From: Gemmatimonadales bacterium
GTDB lineage: Bacteria > Gemmatimonadota > Gemmatimonadetes > Gemmatimonadales > GWC2-71-9
Reading direction: 5' to 3'
Length of the DNA stretch: 64,000 nt
NCBI GenBank assembly: GCA_037189525.1
Contig: JBBCJC010000005.1
Coordinates: 256,001 to 320,000, forward strand
Under the pieces are notes generated by a model. The model worked only from the letters and a program-made list of their open reading frames with translations. It was not told the origin of the DNA and ran no database searches. This document shows positions 10,401 through 22,170 of the stretch, piece after piece. The translations under genes were made by a program, and so were the position numbers. Position 1 is the stretch's first letter. Every line of letters starts with the position of its first letter.

Positions 10401-10645
10401 ATCCGGGTAATCGACCGCCCCTGCATCGACCGGAACCGGCAGAACAGATCCTTGATGGTGCGCGCAAAGACGTGATGGATGCCGGGACGGCCGTTGGCCG
10501 TCGGCGGACCCTCGAAAAATACGAACGGCGGCTGCTCGGCGCGCAACGCCTGCACGGCCTGGAAGAGCCCTTCGGTCCGCCAGGTATCGAGCAGGGCCGT
10601 TTCGAGCCGGTCCGGCCCGCCTTCGGGCCAGGTAGGATACGTCAC
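7496..10645 (-). CDS. ileS: Isoleucine--tRNA ligase, type 2
   Basis: FFEGPPTANGRPGIHH, GWDTHGLP, WTTTPWTLPSN, DWALSRDRYWG, EGIDQTRGWF, KMSKS; type-2 C-terminus (EGLAREVVNRVQRLRK) with no zinc finger. Confidence 0.97.
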   Translation of the reverse strand: MTYPTWPEGGPDRLETALLDTWRTEGLFQAVQALRAEQPPFVFFEGPPTANGRPGIHHVFARTIKDLFCRFRSMQGRSITRIAGWDTHGLPVEIEVEKKLGLSGKKDIEAYGVEAFNRLCRESVFTYQSEWEQLSDRIGYWLDYERPYITYSKDYVESVWWLLKQLADKSLLVRGHRVLPYCPRCGTTLSSHELSLGYEEVADKSIYLAFPLEDGSGRELVVWTTTPWTLPSNVAAAVHPDLEYREYRHPRHPGRTFIAAASREAAMDDILGGGGKLEAGAVVPGRALVGLRYRRPLDVVPLPADRAHSIVVGADFVTADDGSGIVHLAPAFGADDYAMGQRDGLALLRPVAADGTFTGTTWPELEGQLVTADSTNELIIRRLKTDGLHLKTEQYVHSYPHCWRCKSKLIYYARDSWFVRTQAVKDRLVELNKTVSWHPPEVGTGRFGEWLANNLDWALSRDRYWGTPLPVWVSDADPSVVEVIGSYAELAEKVGRALPEDFDPHKPFIDAYTWPAPGGGTMRRVPEVIDAWFDSGSMPYAQWHYPFENRDKFDSHFPADFICEGIDQTRGWFYSLLAIATTVFDRAPYRNVVVNELVLDAKGQKMSKSRGNTVDPWEAVREFGADQVRLYLLASSQVWLPKPFDRAQIPDTVGGFLNTLRNTYNFLALYAEGVEGEGGTPTELDRWVRSRLASTVRDVTVAYDGYDATVAVRAVMDFVEELSNWYVRQSRSRFWAPDRTADPAAVATLRECLVVVSRLLAPAAPFASDWLHRALAGTSVHLADFPVANQADIDADLERAMAGVRRLASLGRSAREAGNRRVRQPLATMRVALPKGVTNGRFETLFALLSQEVNVKRIDVVSSDADLVRLKAKANFRSLGKRFGKRTPEVAGLIGQLPAEALRRLEEGQTAEVLLDGAAVEVLPEDVVVEREVTTDWLVQSAGPFVVALDPHLTDDLLAEGLAREVVNRVQRLRKDAGYDYTTRITLAVDGSPAVLDAVRKHAELIQHETLTRSLEIGRVLDPSDARDEASIDDHQALLSVRRLAEPAP

Positions 10646-10661
10646 GCAAAAACCTCGTTGA

Positions 10662-11213
10662 TCAGGCAGGGCGCCGAAACGTCACTTCCGCATCGACCGA
10701 GGCCGGCGGGCGGCTGTCCGTCGACGATACGGCTTCGAGTTCCGCCAGCTCGCGCTCGAGCAAACGGCGATAACTCGTGACGTAGGCGAGAAACTGCCGG
10801 CGGACCGTTTCGTTGGCGTACTGCAGGCGCTGCTCTTCGTTCTGGGCCTGTTCGAGCACGCGCTGCGCCTCGGCGCGAGCCTCGTTCAGGATCTGGTCGG
10901 CCTGGGCGCGCGCGCGTTCGAGGATGACTTCCGACTCTTTGTCCGCATGCGACTGCATCTCCGCGCGCAGTTGCTGCGCAGCGATGAGAGCCTCGTTCAT
11001 GGCGCGCTCGCGGTCGCGGAAGACCTTGAGCTGTTCGACCATGTTCTGGAGCCGGTCGCTGGACTGGCTCCGATCGCGCCAGACCCGATCGAGTTCCTGC
11101 GCGATCCGCTCTTTGAAGTCGTCCACCTGCACCGGATCGTAGCCGCGAAGCACCCGGTGGAACTCCTGATGCCGCACATCGTGTGCGCTCAGCTGGAAAG
11201 CATCGTCGCTCAT
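10662..11213 (-). CDS. divIVA: DivIVA-domain protein
   Basis: LSAHDVRHQEFHRVLRGYDPVQVDDF followed by a long coiled coil; yggS-divIVA-ileS synteny. Confidence 0.88.
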   Translation of the reverse strand: MSDDAFQLSAHDVRHQEFHRVLRGYDPVQVDDFKERIAQELDRVWRDRSQSSDRLQNMVEQLKVFRDRERAMNEALIAAQQLRAEMQSHADKESEVILERARAQADQILNEARAEAQRVLEQAQNEEQRLQYANETVRRQFLAYVTSYRRLLERELAELEAVSSTDSRPPASVDAEVTFRRPA

Positions 11214-11896
11214 GGTTCCCGCTCCCCGAACAAGATGGTCCCGAGCCGCACGTGGGTGGCGCCCTCTTCGACCGCCGCCACGAAATCCCCGGACATGCCC
11301 ATCGACATGATGCCGACCGGAACGCCCTGCCGTTCGAGCGACTCCCTGATCTGCCGGAGCCGCGCAAACGACGCCCGCTGCAAAGCCGGCTCATCGGTCA
11401 GCGGCGCCATGGTCATGAGCCCCGAAAACTCGAGACCCGGCATGGTGCGCAGCTGGCCCACCAGATCGGCCGCCGCTTCGGGGGCAACGCCCCCCTTCTG
11501 CGCCTCACCACTGCAATTGACCTCGACCAGCACCCGTTGCCGCTGTCCCTCCGGCACCCGCTTGGCCAGCGCGTCGGCGAGTTCCAACCGATCGACCGAG
11601 TGAATCACCCCGAACCGGCCGACCGCTTGGCGCGCCTTGTTGCGCTGCAGCGATCCGATCAGATGCCAGGTAACCGGGAGCCCAGGCAGCGCCTCCTGCT
11701 TGGCCAGCGCTTCCTGCACCCGATTCTCACCGACGTCCGTGAGCCCCGCTGCCACCGCGGCCGTGACGGCCTCGGGACCGTGACCTTTGGTCACCCCAAT
11801 CACGGTGACCGGGTGCGACCATCCGCCGATGCGCTGCGCCTCCGCGATCCGCTCCCGGACGCGCGCCAGGCGCTCCGTGAGCCCCCGATAGGTCAT
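11210..11896 (-). CDS. yggS: YggS family PLP homeostasis protein
   Basis: GVTK, GENRVQE, WHLIGSLQRNK, SMGMSGDF, VRLGTILFG. Confidence 0.95.
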   Translation of the reverse strand: MTYRGLTERLARVRERIAEAQRIGGWSHPVTVIGVTKGHGPEAVTAAVAAGLTDVGENRVQEALAKQEALPGLPVTWHLIGSLQRNKARQAVGRFGVIHSVDRLELADALAKRVPEGQRQRVLVEVNCSGEAQKGGVAPEAAADLVGQLRTMPGLEFSGLMTMAPLTDEPALQRASFARLRQIRESLERQGVPVGIMSMGMSGDFVAAVEEGATHVRLGTILFGEREP

Positions 11897-11917
11897 AACC
11901 CCTAAAGATAAAAGGAG

Positions 11918-14284
11918 TTACTGCGGTTTCGGAAGCGCTGAATCGCGTCCGCCGATCGACCGAGTTCTGGCGTCGATCAAGGCCTGCTGCAGGGCGGGAT
12001 TGGTCGAGAAGCGGGTGGCCCGCTCCAGGTACCGCACCATGGAGGGATAGTCCTCCCGAGCCTCGGCCCAGAAGGCCAGCTGGGTGAAGGGCATGCCGAG
12101 CATTTGGGCAATGCCGGCCGCCGTGGTTTCGAGCCCGCTCGAGCCGTGCTCCAGCAACCCGCCGTACCGGTAGTTCTGGTCGGCCAGGGCAATGGTTCCC
12201 GAGATGTCGAGCGGGACGTCGAAGAACCGGCGGAAATCGAGGTTCGTATCGGTGCTGTCCGGCGGGGTGGCCTTGAGCTCGATCCCGATGCCCCGCTGGA
12301 CCAGGAGGGGGTCCAACCCGAAATACTTCCCGCCCGAGGTCAGCCCCCAGACGACGGGGCGATGTCCGAAGTTCTGCTGGAGGATCCGGATCGCCACGAT
12401 GTCCTCGGTGTAGACCACCGTGTTCGAGGCGAGCGTGGTCCGATAGGGGCCGAACGCCAGCGAGATGGGCTCCCGAATCATCTGAGGCATGGCCGCCGCG
12501 ATCTCCGCATCCGTCATCGAATGGAGCGGCCGATCGGGCTTGACGGCCGGATAGTCGCGCCAGAAGGGGGCTGCGGTCGCCGGATCGAAGTCCCGCTCGG
12601 GATAGTCCCGGAGCTGGCGGACGTACCAGTCGGTACGCGCCAGGGCCAGACAGACTACCCGCACATCCCGGCGGATCCCTTCGACCTCCTGAGCCCACCA
12701 GAGCGGGAAGGTGTCGTTGTCGCCGAAGGTAAAGAGTACCCCGTACGGCGGCACCGAATTGAGCAGATTGTAAGCAAAGTCGCCCGCCAGCCGCGCATCG
12801 GGGCCGTGGGCCCTCCCGGCCTCTTTGAAGTTCCCGATCGGGGGAATCAGCGCCAGCGCAAACACCGACAGCGCCACGGGCCGAAGCTCCGCCTTGAGCC
12901 GGACGGCCCACCGCCCAGCCAGCTGCGCCAGCGCCAGCGCGGCCCAGCAGGCCCAGACCACGAAGCTCACGACGAAGAAGTAGTCGCGCTCGCGCACCTC
13001 GTGCTGATCCATGGTGGTGTACTGCTCCCACCCCAGGCTGTAACCGGGCTTGAAGTTCATGTACGCCATCAGGCCCAACCCCGTGGCACCCCAGAGCACG
13101 AAGAGGAGCCACCAGCTGCTCCGGTCGGTCCGCCGGTGCGTCAGCATGCCCCGGAGGCCCAGCGCAAAGAAGATCACCGTGGGGATGACCTGCAGCGGGA
13201 ACGACCCGATCTTGGCGCTAATGGCCTTGCCCCACTGCCAGCTGAAATACTGGAGATAGTTGAGTAGCTGCAGCCCGATGATGGTCAGATTGCGCCCCGG
13301 GTTGTCCGGCCCGTGCGGGATGGTCGGGTCGTCCAGCGGACTGCGCGGGGGATACTGCTCCCGCCGGATCACCGCCAGCAGCGCATCCAGCGTTCCGGGC
13401 GCTGCCTCGTTGATAAAAGGATCCTGCGACGAGCGGAGAAAGAGGAAGAGGTACGGCGTCACGCCGAGCAAGGCCACGAGCAGCGAGGTCGCGGCAAAGG
13501 GCAGCGCCCCCGCCGAGATAGCAAAAGCTGCGCAGCCCAGGAACACCAGCAGGCCGATCGTCGCAATCGTGGTACTGCCGAGCCCGATACCCAGGAGCAG
13601 CACCCAGAGCCCCGCGATGACGGCAGCATGCGCCCAGTCCCGGCGGCGCACGGCCGGGTCATCGGCCGGATTGGCCAGCAGTTCCGCCAGCAGGAAGGCA
13701 ATCACCGCCGGCCCCGCCAGGAGCGCCAGCAGGTGATTGGCAATCGACACGCCGAGCAGGTAGGCAATCAGCAGAAGCGCGCGCGGACCGCGTTCGGTGG
13801 CCCGGGTGGCGCGCCAGCGGAGCGAGAGCCAGGTCACCGCACCGATGATGAAGGTGGCGATGCAGTAAACCTCGGTCTCGTTCGAATTGAGCCAGTTGGT
13901 GAATACGAACGCTGACAGCACACTGGCCGTGCCCGCGCCCAGCAAGCGGACCCACCGCTCGAGCGACGCCTCGCCGGGAATCAGGCGAGCCAGCACCTCG
14001 TGCATGATAAGGAACCAGAACCCGGCGGCGCCCGCGCTGAAGACGGCGCTCATCAGGTTGGTGCGCCAGGCAAATTCGCCGAACGGAATCAGGGTGCCCC
14101 AGACGTGCCCCATCATGATGAAGAGCGGCGTACCCGGCGGATGCGGAATGCCGAGAATCTTCATGGAGGCGCTGAACTCGCCGGCATCCCAGAACGTGAC
14201 CGAGGGCGCCAGGGTCAGGATGTACCCGATCAGGACGACGAGGGAGGCGACGAGCGCGGCGCGGTACGGAGGCCGTGAAGTCAT
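11918..14284 (-). CDS. DUF2723/TMEM260-like multi-pass membrane protein (putative GT-C glycosyltransferase)
   Basis: TLAPSVTFWDAGEF...GIPHPPGTPLF, ETEVY, EVRERDYFF, FTFGDNDTFPLW; many TM helices. Confidence 0.8.
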   Translation of the reverse strand: MTSRPPYRAALVASLVVLIGYILTLAPSVTFWDAGEFSASMKILGIPHPPGTPLFIMMGHVWGTLIPFGEFAWRTNLMSAVFSAGAAGFWFLIMHEVLARLIPGEASLERWVRLLGAGTASVLSAFVFTNWLNSNETEVYCIATFIIGAVTWLSLRWRATRATERGPRALLLIAYLLGVSIANHLLALLAGPAVIAFLLAELLANPADDPAVRRRDWAHAAVIAGLWVLLLGIGLGSTTIATIGLLVFLGCAAFAISAGALPFAATSLLVALLGVTPYLFLFLRSSQDPFINEAAPGTLDALLAVIRREQYPPRSPLDDPTIPHGPDNPGRNLTIIGLQLLNYLQYFSWQWGKAISAKIGSFPLQVIPTVIFFALGLRGMLTHRRTDRSSWWLLFVLWGATGLGLMAYMNFKPGYSLGWEQYTTMDQHEVRERDYFFVVSFVVWACWAALALAQLAGRWAVRLKAELRPVALSVFALALIPPIGNFKEAGRAHGPDARLAGDFAYNLLNSVPPYGVLFTFGDNDTFPLWWAQEVEGIRRDVRVVCLALARTDWYVRQLRDYPERDFDPATAAPFWRDYPAVKPDRPLHSMTDAEIAAAMPQMIREPISLAFGPYRTTLASNTVVYTEDIVAIRILQQNFGHRPVVWGLTSGGKYFGLDPLLVQRGIGIELKATPPDSTDTNLDFRRFFDVPLDISGTIALADQNYRYGGLLEHGSSGLETTAAGIAQMLGMPFTQLAFWAEAREDYPSMVRYLERATRFSTNPALQQALIDARTRSIGGRDSALPKPQ

Positions 14285-14392
14285 GAGATACGATGATGAA
14301 GGCGAACGAACTCGGGCGGCGACGAGCGCCGGGCGAACAGCCCGAGGGCGGAGCGGATCAGATCGATCCTCCCCGCCCTGGCTGTGACACGA

Positions 14393-16384
<1,992 letters not shown>

Positions 16385-16939
16385 CTACATCAAGTCCGCA
16401 ATAAAAGGGAGATGCCGATAGTTCTCGGCGTGATCGAGTCCGTAGCCGACGAGAAACGCCGGCGGCGCCTCGAAGCCGACGAACGCGAGCTCGGCGAATG
16501 GATCGTGGTTCTCGACCTTGTCGAGCAGCGCGCAGATGGTGAGCGATCGCGGCGACCGCTTGCCCAGCAACGCCAGCAGACGGCGCAAGGTGTTGCCGCT
16601 GTCGACGATGTCCTCGACCAGGACGATATGCTTGCCTTCGAGCCGGGTTTCCGGATCGTAGAGGAGTTTGACGTCGCCGCTCGAGACCGTTCCGTTCCCG
16701 TAGGAACTCGCGACGACGAAATCCACCTGCAGCGGCCGCTCGATCCGGCGAACCAGGTCGCTCAGGAAGATGAAGCTGCCTTTGAGGAGACCCAGCACGA
16801 GCAACTCGCCGTCCGGATACGCCGCCGTAATCTGCGCACCAAGCTCACGGACCCGGGCCTCCAGCGTCGCCTCGTCGAAGACGATCGACTTGACGGGTTG
16901 TCCGCCGGTCCGTCGCAGTGTCTCAGCTTGAGCGGGCAT
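16385..16939 (-). CDS. hpt: Hypoxanthine phosphoribosyltransferase
   Basis: LLKGSFIF, SSYG, PRPP motif VLVEDIVDSGNTL, FLVGYGLD...YRHLPFI; tilS-hpt-ftsH synteny. Confidence 0.93.
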   Translation of the reverse strand: MPAQAETLRRTGGQPVKSIVFDEATLEARVRELGAQITAAYPDGELLVLGLLKGSFIFLSDLVRRIERPLQVDFVVASSYGNGTVSSGDVKLLYDPETRLEGKHIVLVEDIVDSGNTLRRLLALLGKRSPRSLTICALLDKVENHDPFAELAFVGFEAPPAFLVGYGLDHAENYRHLPFIADLM

Positions 16940-18248
16940 CAATCCTCACCACGTCCTGTCGCGAAGGCAGCATTGCGTCACTCCGGCAGACGCCGGGAAC
17001 CCAAATCACGTCATTGCCATGCACCAGTACCGGCCATCCTGACCGACGGTGCCGAGAAATCTTCCTATCCTGCATGCATCGCACCACCAACCGCCGGCCC
17101 GTTCCACCCAGCGGGCGAATCCGGTCGCCGGCCATCCAGGGGCGAATCCGGAGATCCGGCGACCACGGCACCCAGGCGGTCCACCCTTCCCGGGGCATCT
17201 GCTCCGGTGGGTCTTCGGCCCGGATCTCGAAGCGCCACCCCGGCACCACGAGATCGTGGCCGGCCGGCGGCAACGCCGCGTCATAGGGCTCTGGATGTCC
17301 AATCGGGTGAAAAAGCCGCAACCGATCGAAATCCAGCTGTGCCACAGCGCCTCCGCGCAGGTCGACTGCCTGCCCGGAAACACCGTGTTCGATGAGGGTT
17401 TGTACGCGCGCCAATTCGCGGTGGCCAATTCCGAGCCGGAACCGGGCTCCCAGGGCGCGCAGCACCCCCCGAACGATGGCCGAACTATACCCGTTGAGCG
17501 GAGCCACAGCAACGGAAGCCCCACCCGATTCAGGGCGCAGATCGAGCCCCGGAAGCTCTTCGATCAGCGCCGCCCAGGCGTCCCGATCCTCGGCGGCGGC
17601 CCGGCCGAGCCGGATCAGTTGGGCATCGACCCGAGGCAGCCGGGATCGCAACCCGGGCAGGACCTCACCCCGGAGCCAATTGCGGTAGTGGCGCGGGTCG
17701 CGATTGCCGGGGTCGTCCCAGGTCTCGAGCTGGCATTGGGCCACATAGCTGGCCAGCTCCGCGCGCTCGATCCCGAGCAGCGGCCGAACCCATCGCCCCC
17801 GGCGGGCCGGAATCCCGACCAGCCCGGCCAGGCCGGTTCCTTCCAGAACCCGCATCAGGATCGTTTCGACCTGGTCATCCCGATGGTGCGCGGTCAGTAT
17901 CCAGGATGCCCCAGCTTCGCGGGCCACGCCTTCGAGCCAGCCGAGCCGGGCCCGGCGCGCCGCCGTTTCAGTGGCCCGGGCACCGAGTGCCACACGATGG
18001 GACACGAACGGCAGGCCCGATCGCTCCGCCGCGCGGCGAACCCGCTCCCCCACCTGCGCACTTTCGACGGCAATGCCATGATCGAAGTGGGCTACGACGA
18101 GGGCGAGCGCCCGTTCGGCCGCGGCATCGGCCGCGAGCGACAGGAGCGCCATCGAGTCGGGACCGCCCGACACCGCGAGGACCGCCGTCCCCTCACGCAC
18201 GCCGAGCCGGTCGAGTGCCGCGCGGAAACGAGTCGGGAGGTCGTTCAT
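16923..18248 (-). CDS. tilS: tRNA(Ile)-lysidine synthetase
   Basis: PP-loop AVSGGPDSMAL, TAHHRDDQVET, RPLL, RNWLR, and a TilS C-terminal domain. Confidence 0.93.
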   Translation of the reverse strand: MNDLPTRFRAALDRLGVREGTAVLAVSGGPDSMALLSLAADAAAERALALVVAHFDHGIAVESAQVGERVRRAAERSGLPFVSHRVALGARATETAARRARLGWLEGVAREAGASWILTAHHRDDQVETILMRVLEGTGLAGLVGIPARRGRWVRPLLGIERAELASYVAQCQLETWDDPGNRDPRHYRNWLRGEVLPGLRSRLPRVDAQLIRLGRAAAEDRDAWAALIEELPGLDLRPESGGASVAVAPLNGYSSAIVRGVLRALGARFRLGIGHRELARVQTLIEHGVSGQAVDLRGGAVAQLDFDRLRLFHPIGHPEPYDAALPPAGHDLVVPGWRFEIRAEDPPEQMPREGWTAWVPWSPDLRIRPWMAGDRIRPLGGTGRRLVVRCMQDRKISRHRRSGWPVLVHGNDVIWVPGVCRSDAMLPSRQDVVRIDARSS

Positions 18249-19123
18249 CCTTCGAACGGCTCCATGTGCACGAGGACATCGCGCACGGCGGGGAGGTCGC
18301 GGCGGATCGCGGTCTTGACCTTTCCGCTCACGATGTGGGCCTCGTGGAGTGAGAGGTTGGGATCACTCTGAGCGTGGAGTTCGATGGCGAGGATCGGACC
18401 GATCTTCCGCACCCGGATCTTCTCGGTCGCCAGTACTTCGGACACGGTCCGCGCCGAGCGATCGATCTCGGCCAGCAACTCGTCGCTTGGTGCGCGGTCC
18501 ATCAGTTCCGCGACGGCCGGCCGCACGATGCCCAATCCATTCCAGAAGATGAGGCCCGACGCCGCGAGCGCGGCAAAGTCATCGGCCGACTCCCAACCAT
18601 CGCCGCCGATCAGCGCAATCGAGATTCCGAGAAACGCGGCCGCCGAGGTGATCGCATCGCTCTGGTGATGCCAGGCATCGGCTTCGACCAGGCCACTGCC
18701 CGCTTCGCGCGCCACCCGCATCACGTGACGCGACCACGCGGCCTTTACCGCCACGACGGCTACCAGCACGATCAGCGTGAACGGAGCCGGCGCATGATGA
18801 GGCGTCCGGATTTCCCGGACCGCTTCGACGGCAATGCCGATCGCGGCAGCCAGCAGCATCAACCCGACCACAACGGTCGCCAGCGCTTCGACGCGACCAT
18901 AGCCGAAGGGGAAGCGGTGATCGGCCTGACGACCCGAAATCCTGAGGCCGCCCCACACGATGGCCGACCCGACCAGATCGGTGATCGACTCGACCGCGTC
19001 GGCAATGAGGGCGTACGAGTTGCCGACGACCCCGGCCGCCAGCTTCACGACGGCGAGCCCGGCGTTGAGGCCAAATCCGCGGCGGGTCAGCCGCTCGAGC
19101 CTCGCTACCGGGGGTGCAGCCAT
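18245..19123 (-). CDS. Cation diffusion facilitator family transporter
   Basis: SYALIADAVES, DHRFPFGYGRVE, ADAWHHQSD, C-terminal VHMEP. Confidence 0.9.
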   Translation of the reverse strand: MAAPPVARLERLTRRGFGLNAGLAVVKLAAGVVGNSYALIADAVESITDLVGSAIVWGGLRISGRQADHRFPFGYGRVEALATVVVGLMLLAAAIGIAVEAVREIRTPHHAPAPFTLIVLVAVVAVKAAWSRHVMRVAREAGSGLVEADAWHHQSDAITSAAAFLGISIALIGGDGWESADDFAALAASGLIFWNGLGIVRPAVAELMDRAPSDELLAEIDRSARTVSEVLATEKIRVRKIGPILAIELHAQSDPNLSLHEAHIVSGKVKTAIRRDLPAVRDVLVHMEPFEG

Positions 19124-21447
19124 CGTTCGAACAGATCGAAGATGCGGCGGTACTCGTCGGTCCAGGAGTCAGGTCGGACGAATCCGTGATCTTCGACCGG
19201 ATAGACGGCCATTTCCCAGTTGACCTTGCCGAGTTCGATCAGCCGCTGGCTCAGGCGGACCACGTCCTGAAAATGCACGTTGACGTCCACCATGCCGTGC
19301 GCAATCAGCAGCGGATCCTCGAGCCCTTCCGCAAAGTAGATCGGCGAGGATCGGCGAAAGGCTACGCTATCCTCTTGGGGTTCATTGAGGATTGCAGCCG
19401 TGTAGGGATGATTGTAGTGGGCCCAGTCGGTCACGCTGCGCAGCGCGGCGCCCGCACCGAAGTACTTGGCCTCGGTGAAGAGCGCCATCAGGGTGATGAA
19501 CCCGCCGTAGGAGCCACCGTAGATCCCGATCCGGTCGAACGAGATGCCCAGCTCTCGATTCAGGTAGCGGGCGCCGTCGACGTGATCCTGGAGATCCCGC
19601 CCGCCCATGTGCCGGTAGATGGCCGTACGCCAGTCGCGGCCGTACCCCGCCGAGGCCCGGTAATCGATGTCGAGGACGAGGTACCCCTTCCGGGCCAGGA
19701 AGTGATGGAACTGGTACTCGCGATAGTAGCTCGACCAGTAGTTGTGCACGTTGTGCAGATACCCTGCCCCATGCACGAAGATCACGGCAGCGCCGTTAGG
19801 CCGAGCCCCGACGTCGGCAGGACGATAGATCCGCGCCGGGACCGGAACGCCATCAGAGGCGGGAATCTCGATGATATCCGGTTTGATCCAGGTATGGGCC
19901 AGCCACTCCGCCGTCGGCGAGGTGGTCAACTGGATCGGCTTGCCGGACCCGCGCGTCGGCCGAACGAAAAGTTCGGGCGGCCGGTTGGCGGTCGAGTAGA
20001 CATCCGCCATCCAGCGCCCATCCGGCGAGAGGCTGACGGTATGGCCGCCGACATCCGTGGTCAGCCGTTCCCGGGACCCGCCCGCGGTCGGCAGCAGATA
20101 GAAGTGTCGTTCATAGAGTGAGGGCTCGCTGGTGTGCAGGGCCCAGCGCGTCCGGTCGGGCGTCAGTTCGGCGGCGAGGACTTCCCAACGGCCGCGGGTC
20201 CGCTGTTCGCGGCGCGACCCGTCGGGCGCCACGGTATAGAGATGGGCGAATCCGTCGGCCTCGGAGACAAACCAGACGCCCGCCTCCCCAGCGAGCCATC
20301 CGGCGCAGCGGCCGCAGGGCCCGCCCACCCAGGCGCTGTCCCGAAGCAGGTCGAGCGAACGAACGGTTGCCGCGCTGTCGGCGTCGATGCGCACCAGGTG
20401 CCGCGTGGTATAGTCGCGACTGATGGCCATCAGCAGGACGGCGGTACCGGCATCGTTCCAGCCCGCGTCCGCCAGGTAGGCATAGACCATCCCGGAGTCC
20501 GACGGGATCGGGCGGATCCAGCTCACGCGTCCGGTGGCTACAGTCAGCAGGCCGACCCGGCGGCGGGCCTGGCCGTCGCCCACCTTGATGCGGGTCTCGA
20601 GGGTTTCGGTATATCCCGAAGGCGCCACGTAATCGGGCACTCCGGTCCGCCGGGTTTCCCCCGGCGTCGAGGTCAGCACCAGAACATGCGTACCTTCCGG
20701 CGACGGAACCAGCTGGTCCACCTGTTCATTGCGCTGCAGGTGGACCGCTGCGAGCCCCCCCGCCTCACGCGCTTCGCGCTCGGCGCGCTCCAGGCTGTCC
20801 CGCCAGGCCCGATCACGCACCGCGCCCAGCAGTCGGCGCTCTTCCTGGACCAGAAAGGCGCGCTGGGGAGTCGTCTGCGCCGAATCCGGGCGCGGACCGG
20901 GGCGAATGTTGGTGAGTTGGGTAACCTGCCAGTTCACCAGATCGAACGCGAAGAGATTGGTCTCGCGCCGGAAGAAGATACGATTGCCGGCAACGTCGAA
21001 GCTCGGGCTCTGCTCGGCCGCTCCCGGCGTATCGGTCAATCGGCGGATCGCGCCCGACGGCAACTCGATCAGAAACAGATCGTTCCGGACCGACACCACG
21101 CGCCGTCGGCCGTCGCGCGACGTCGCGCCGGTCGCCAGCAATGGCGCGATCGAATCGGCGGCCGCCGGCGAGAGCCGTTCGGGAACCGCGCCCTCGCGCG
21201 GGCGGACCCGGAACAGCCGGTTGGGCTCCCGCCACGCCGAGCCGGGCTCGAGCCAATTGAAGTAGAGCCATTGCCCGTCGGGCGACCAGCGCACATCGGC
21301 CGGTTCCCGACCGACCGTTTCCGCGCCGCGCATAATCCAGGGAATGGTCAGTTCCGGTGCCGGACCCGACGACGTCTGGGCGGCCGCCGGCATCGCGCCG
21401 GACACGATCAGCAGGAAGACCGGTACCAGTCGCCACGGACTCGTCAT
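19105..21447 (-). CDS. Secreted S9 family (prolyl oligopeptidase/DPP IV-like) peptidase
   Basis: Signal peptide, beta-propeller repeats, nucleophile GGSYGG, HGMVDVNV, EDHGF. Overlaps the CDF start by 19 nt. Confidence 0.9.
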   Translation of the reverse strand: MTSPWRLVPVFLLIVSGAMPAAAQTSSGPAPELTIPWIMRGAETVGREPADVRWSPDGQWLYFNWLEPGSAWREPNRLFRVRPREGAVPERLSPAAADSIAPLLATGATSRDGRRRVVSVRNDLFLIELPSGAIRRLTDTPGAAEQSPSFDVAGNRIFFRRETNLFAFDLVNWQVTQLTNIRPGPRPDSAQTTPQRAFLVQEERRLLGAVRDRAWRDSLERAEREAREAGGLAAVHLQRNEQVDQLVPSPEGTHVLVLTSTPGETRRTGVPDYVAPSGYTETLETRIKVGDGQARRRVGLLTVATGRVSWIRPIPSDSGMVYAYLADAGWNDAGTAVLLMAISRDYTTRHLVRIDADSAATVRSLDLLRDSAWVGGPCGRCAGWLAGEAGVWFVSEADGFAHLYTVAPDGSRREQRTRGRWEVLAAELTPDRTRWALHTSEPSLYERHFYLLPTAGGSRERLTTDVGGHTVSLSPDGRWMADVYSTANRPPELFVRPTRGSGKPIQLTTSPTAEWLAHTWIKPDIIEIPASDGVPVPARIYRPADVGARPNGAAVIFVHGAGYLHNVHNYWSSYYREYQFHHFLARKGYLVLDIDYRASAGYGRDWRTAIYRHMGGRDLQDHVDGARYLNRELGISFDRIGIYGGSYGGFITLMALFTEAKYFGAGAALRSVTDWAHYNHPYTAAILNEPQEDSVAFRRSSPIYFAEGLEDPLLIAHGMVDVNVHFQDVVRLSQRLIELGKVNWEMAVYPVEDHGFVRPDSWTDEYRRIFDLFERWLHPR

Positions 21448-21501
21448 CGCCAGACTCCGATCGAACGTGATGTTAGCTGCGCAAGGAGTGCGGCACCCGA
21501 A

Positions 21502-22137
21502 TCAGGGAGACAGGCGCTCCCGCTCCCACCCGCCTGCCGCGCGCCGATAGCGAATCCGGTCATGGAGCCGGTTGGACCGGCCCTGCCAGAACTCGATTGC
21601 TTCGGGCACCACCCGAAAGCCGCCCCAATGCTCCGGATACGGCACGGCCCCTTCGGCGTAGCGGGCCTCCGTTTCCGCCAGCGCCGCTTCCAGCGTAGCG
21701 CGATCCGGCAAGACACTGCTCTGCCGAGAAGTCCAGGCGCCCAGTTGCGAGCCGTGCGGCCTCGAATGGAAGTACTCGGCGGACTCGGCGGGCGCAATCC
21801 GTTCGACCCGGCCGATGATGCGCACCTGGCGCTCCAGTAATTGCCAGAAAAACACCAGCGCCGCCACCGGATTGAGGCCGAGCGCGATGGCCTTGGGACT
21901 TCGATAATCGGTAAAGAAGGTGAAGCCCGCGGCCGTCACGCCCTTGAGCAGAACGATCCGCGCTTCGGGGACGCCGCCGGGCGTGGCCGTGGCCAACGTC
22001 ATCGCGTTCGGCTCGGGAACCTTGGCGGCCATCGCTTCGGCGTACCAACGCTCGAACTGGACGATCGGATCGGGATCCACGGACGCTTCGTCGAGCGAAT
22101 GCCGGCCGTAGTCGATTCGCTGATCGGCAAGACTCAT
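21502..22137 (-). CDS. pdxH: Pyridoxamine 5'-phosphate oxidase
   Basis: [43 protein letters not shown]; start at ATG 22137 (MSLADQR). Confidence 0.95.
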   Translation of the reverse strand: MSLADQRIDYGRHSLDEASVDPDPIVQFERWYAEAMAAKVPEPNAMTLATATPGGVPEARIVLLKGVTAAGFTFFTDYRSPKAIALGLNPVAALVFFWQLLERQVRIIGRVERIAPAESAEYFHSRPHGSQLGAWTSRQSSVLPDRATLEAALAETEARYAEGAVPYPEHWGGFRVVPEAIEFWQGRSNRLHDRIRYRRAAGGWERERLSP

Positions 22138-22170
22138 CGTTCCTCCCTGCACACCGGCGCCATGGCGCCG

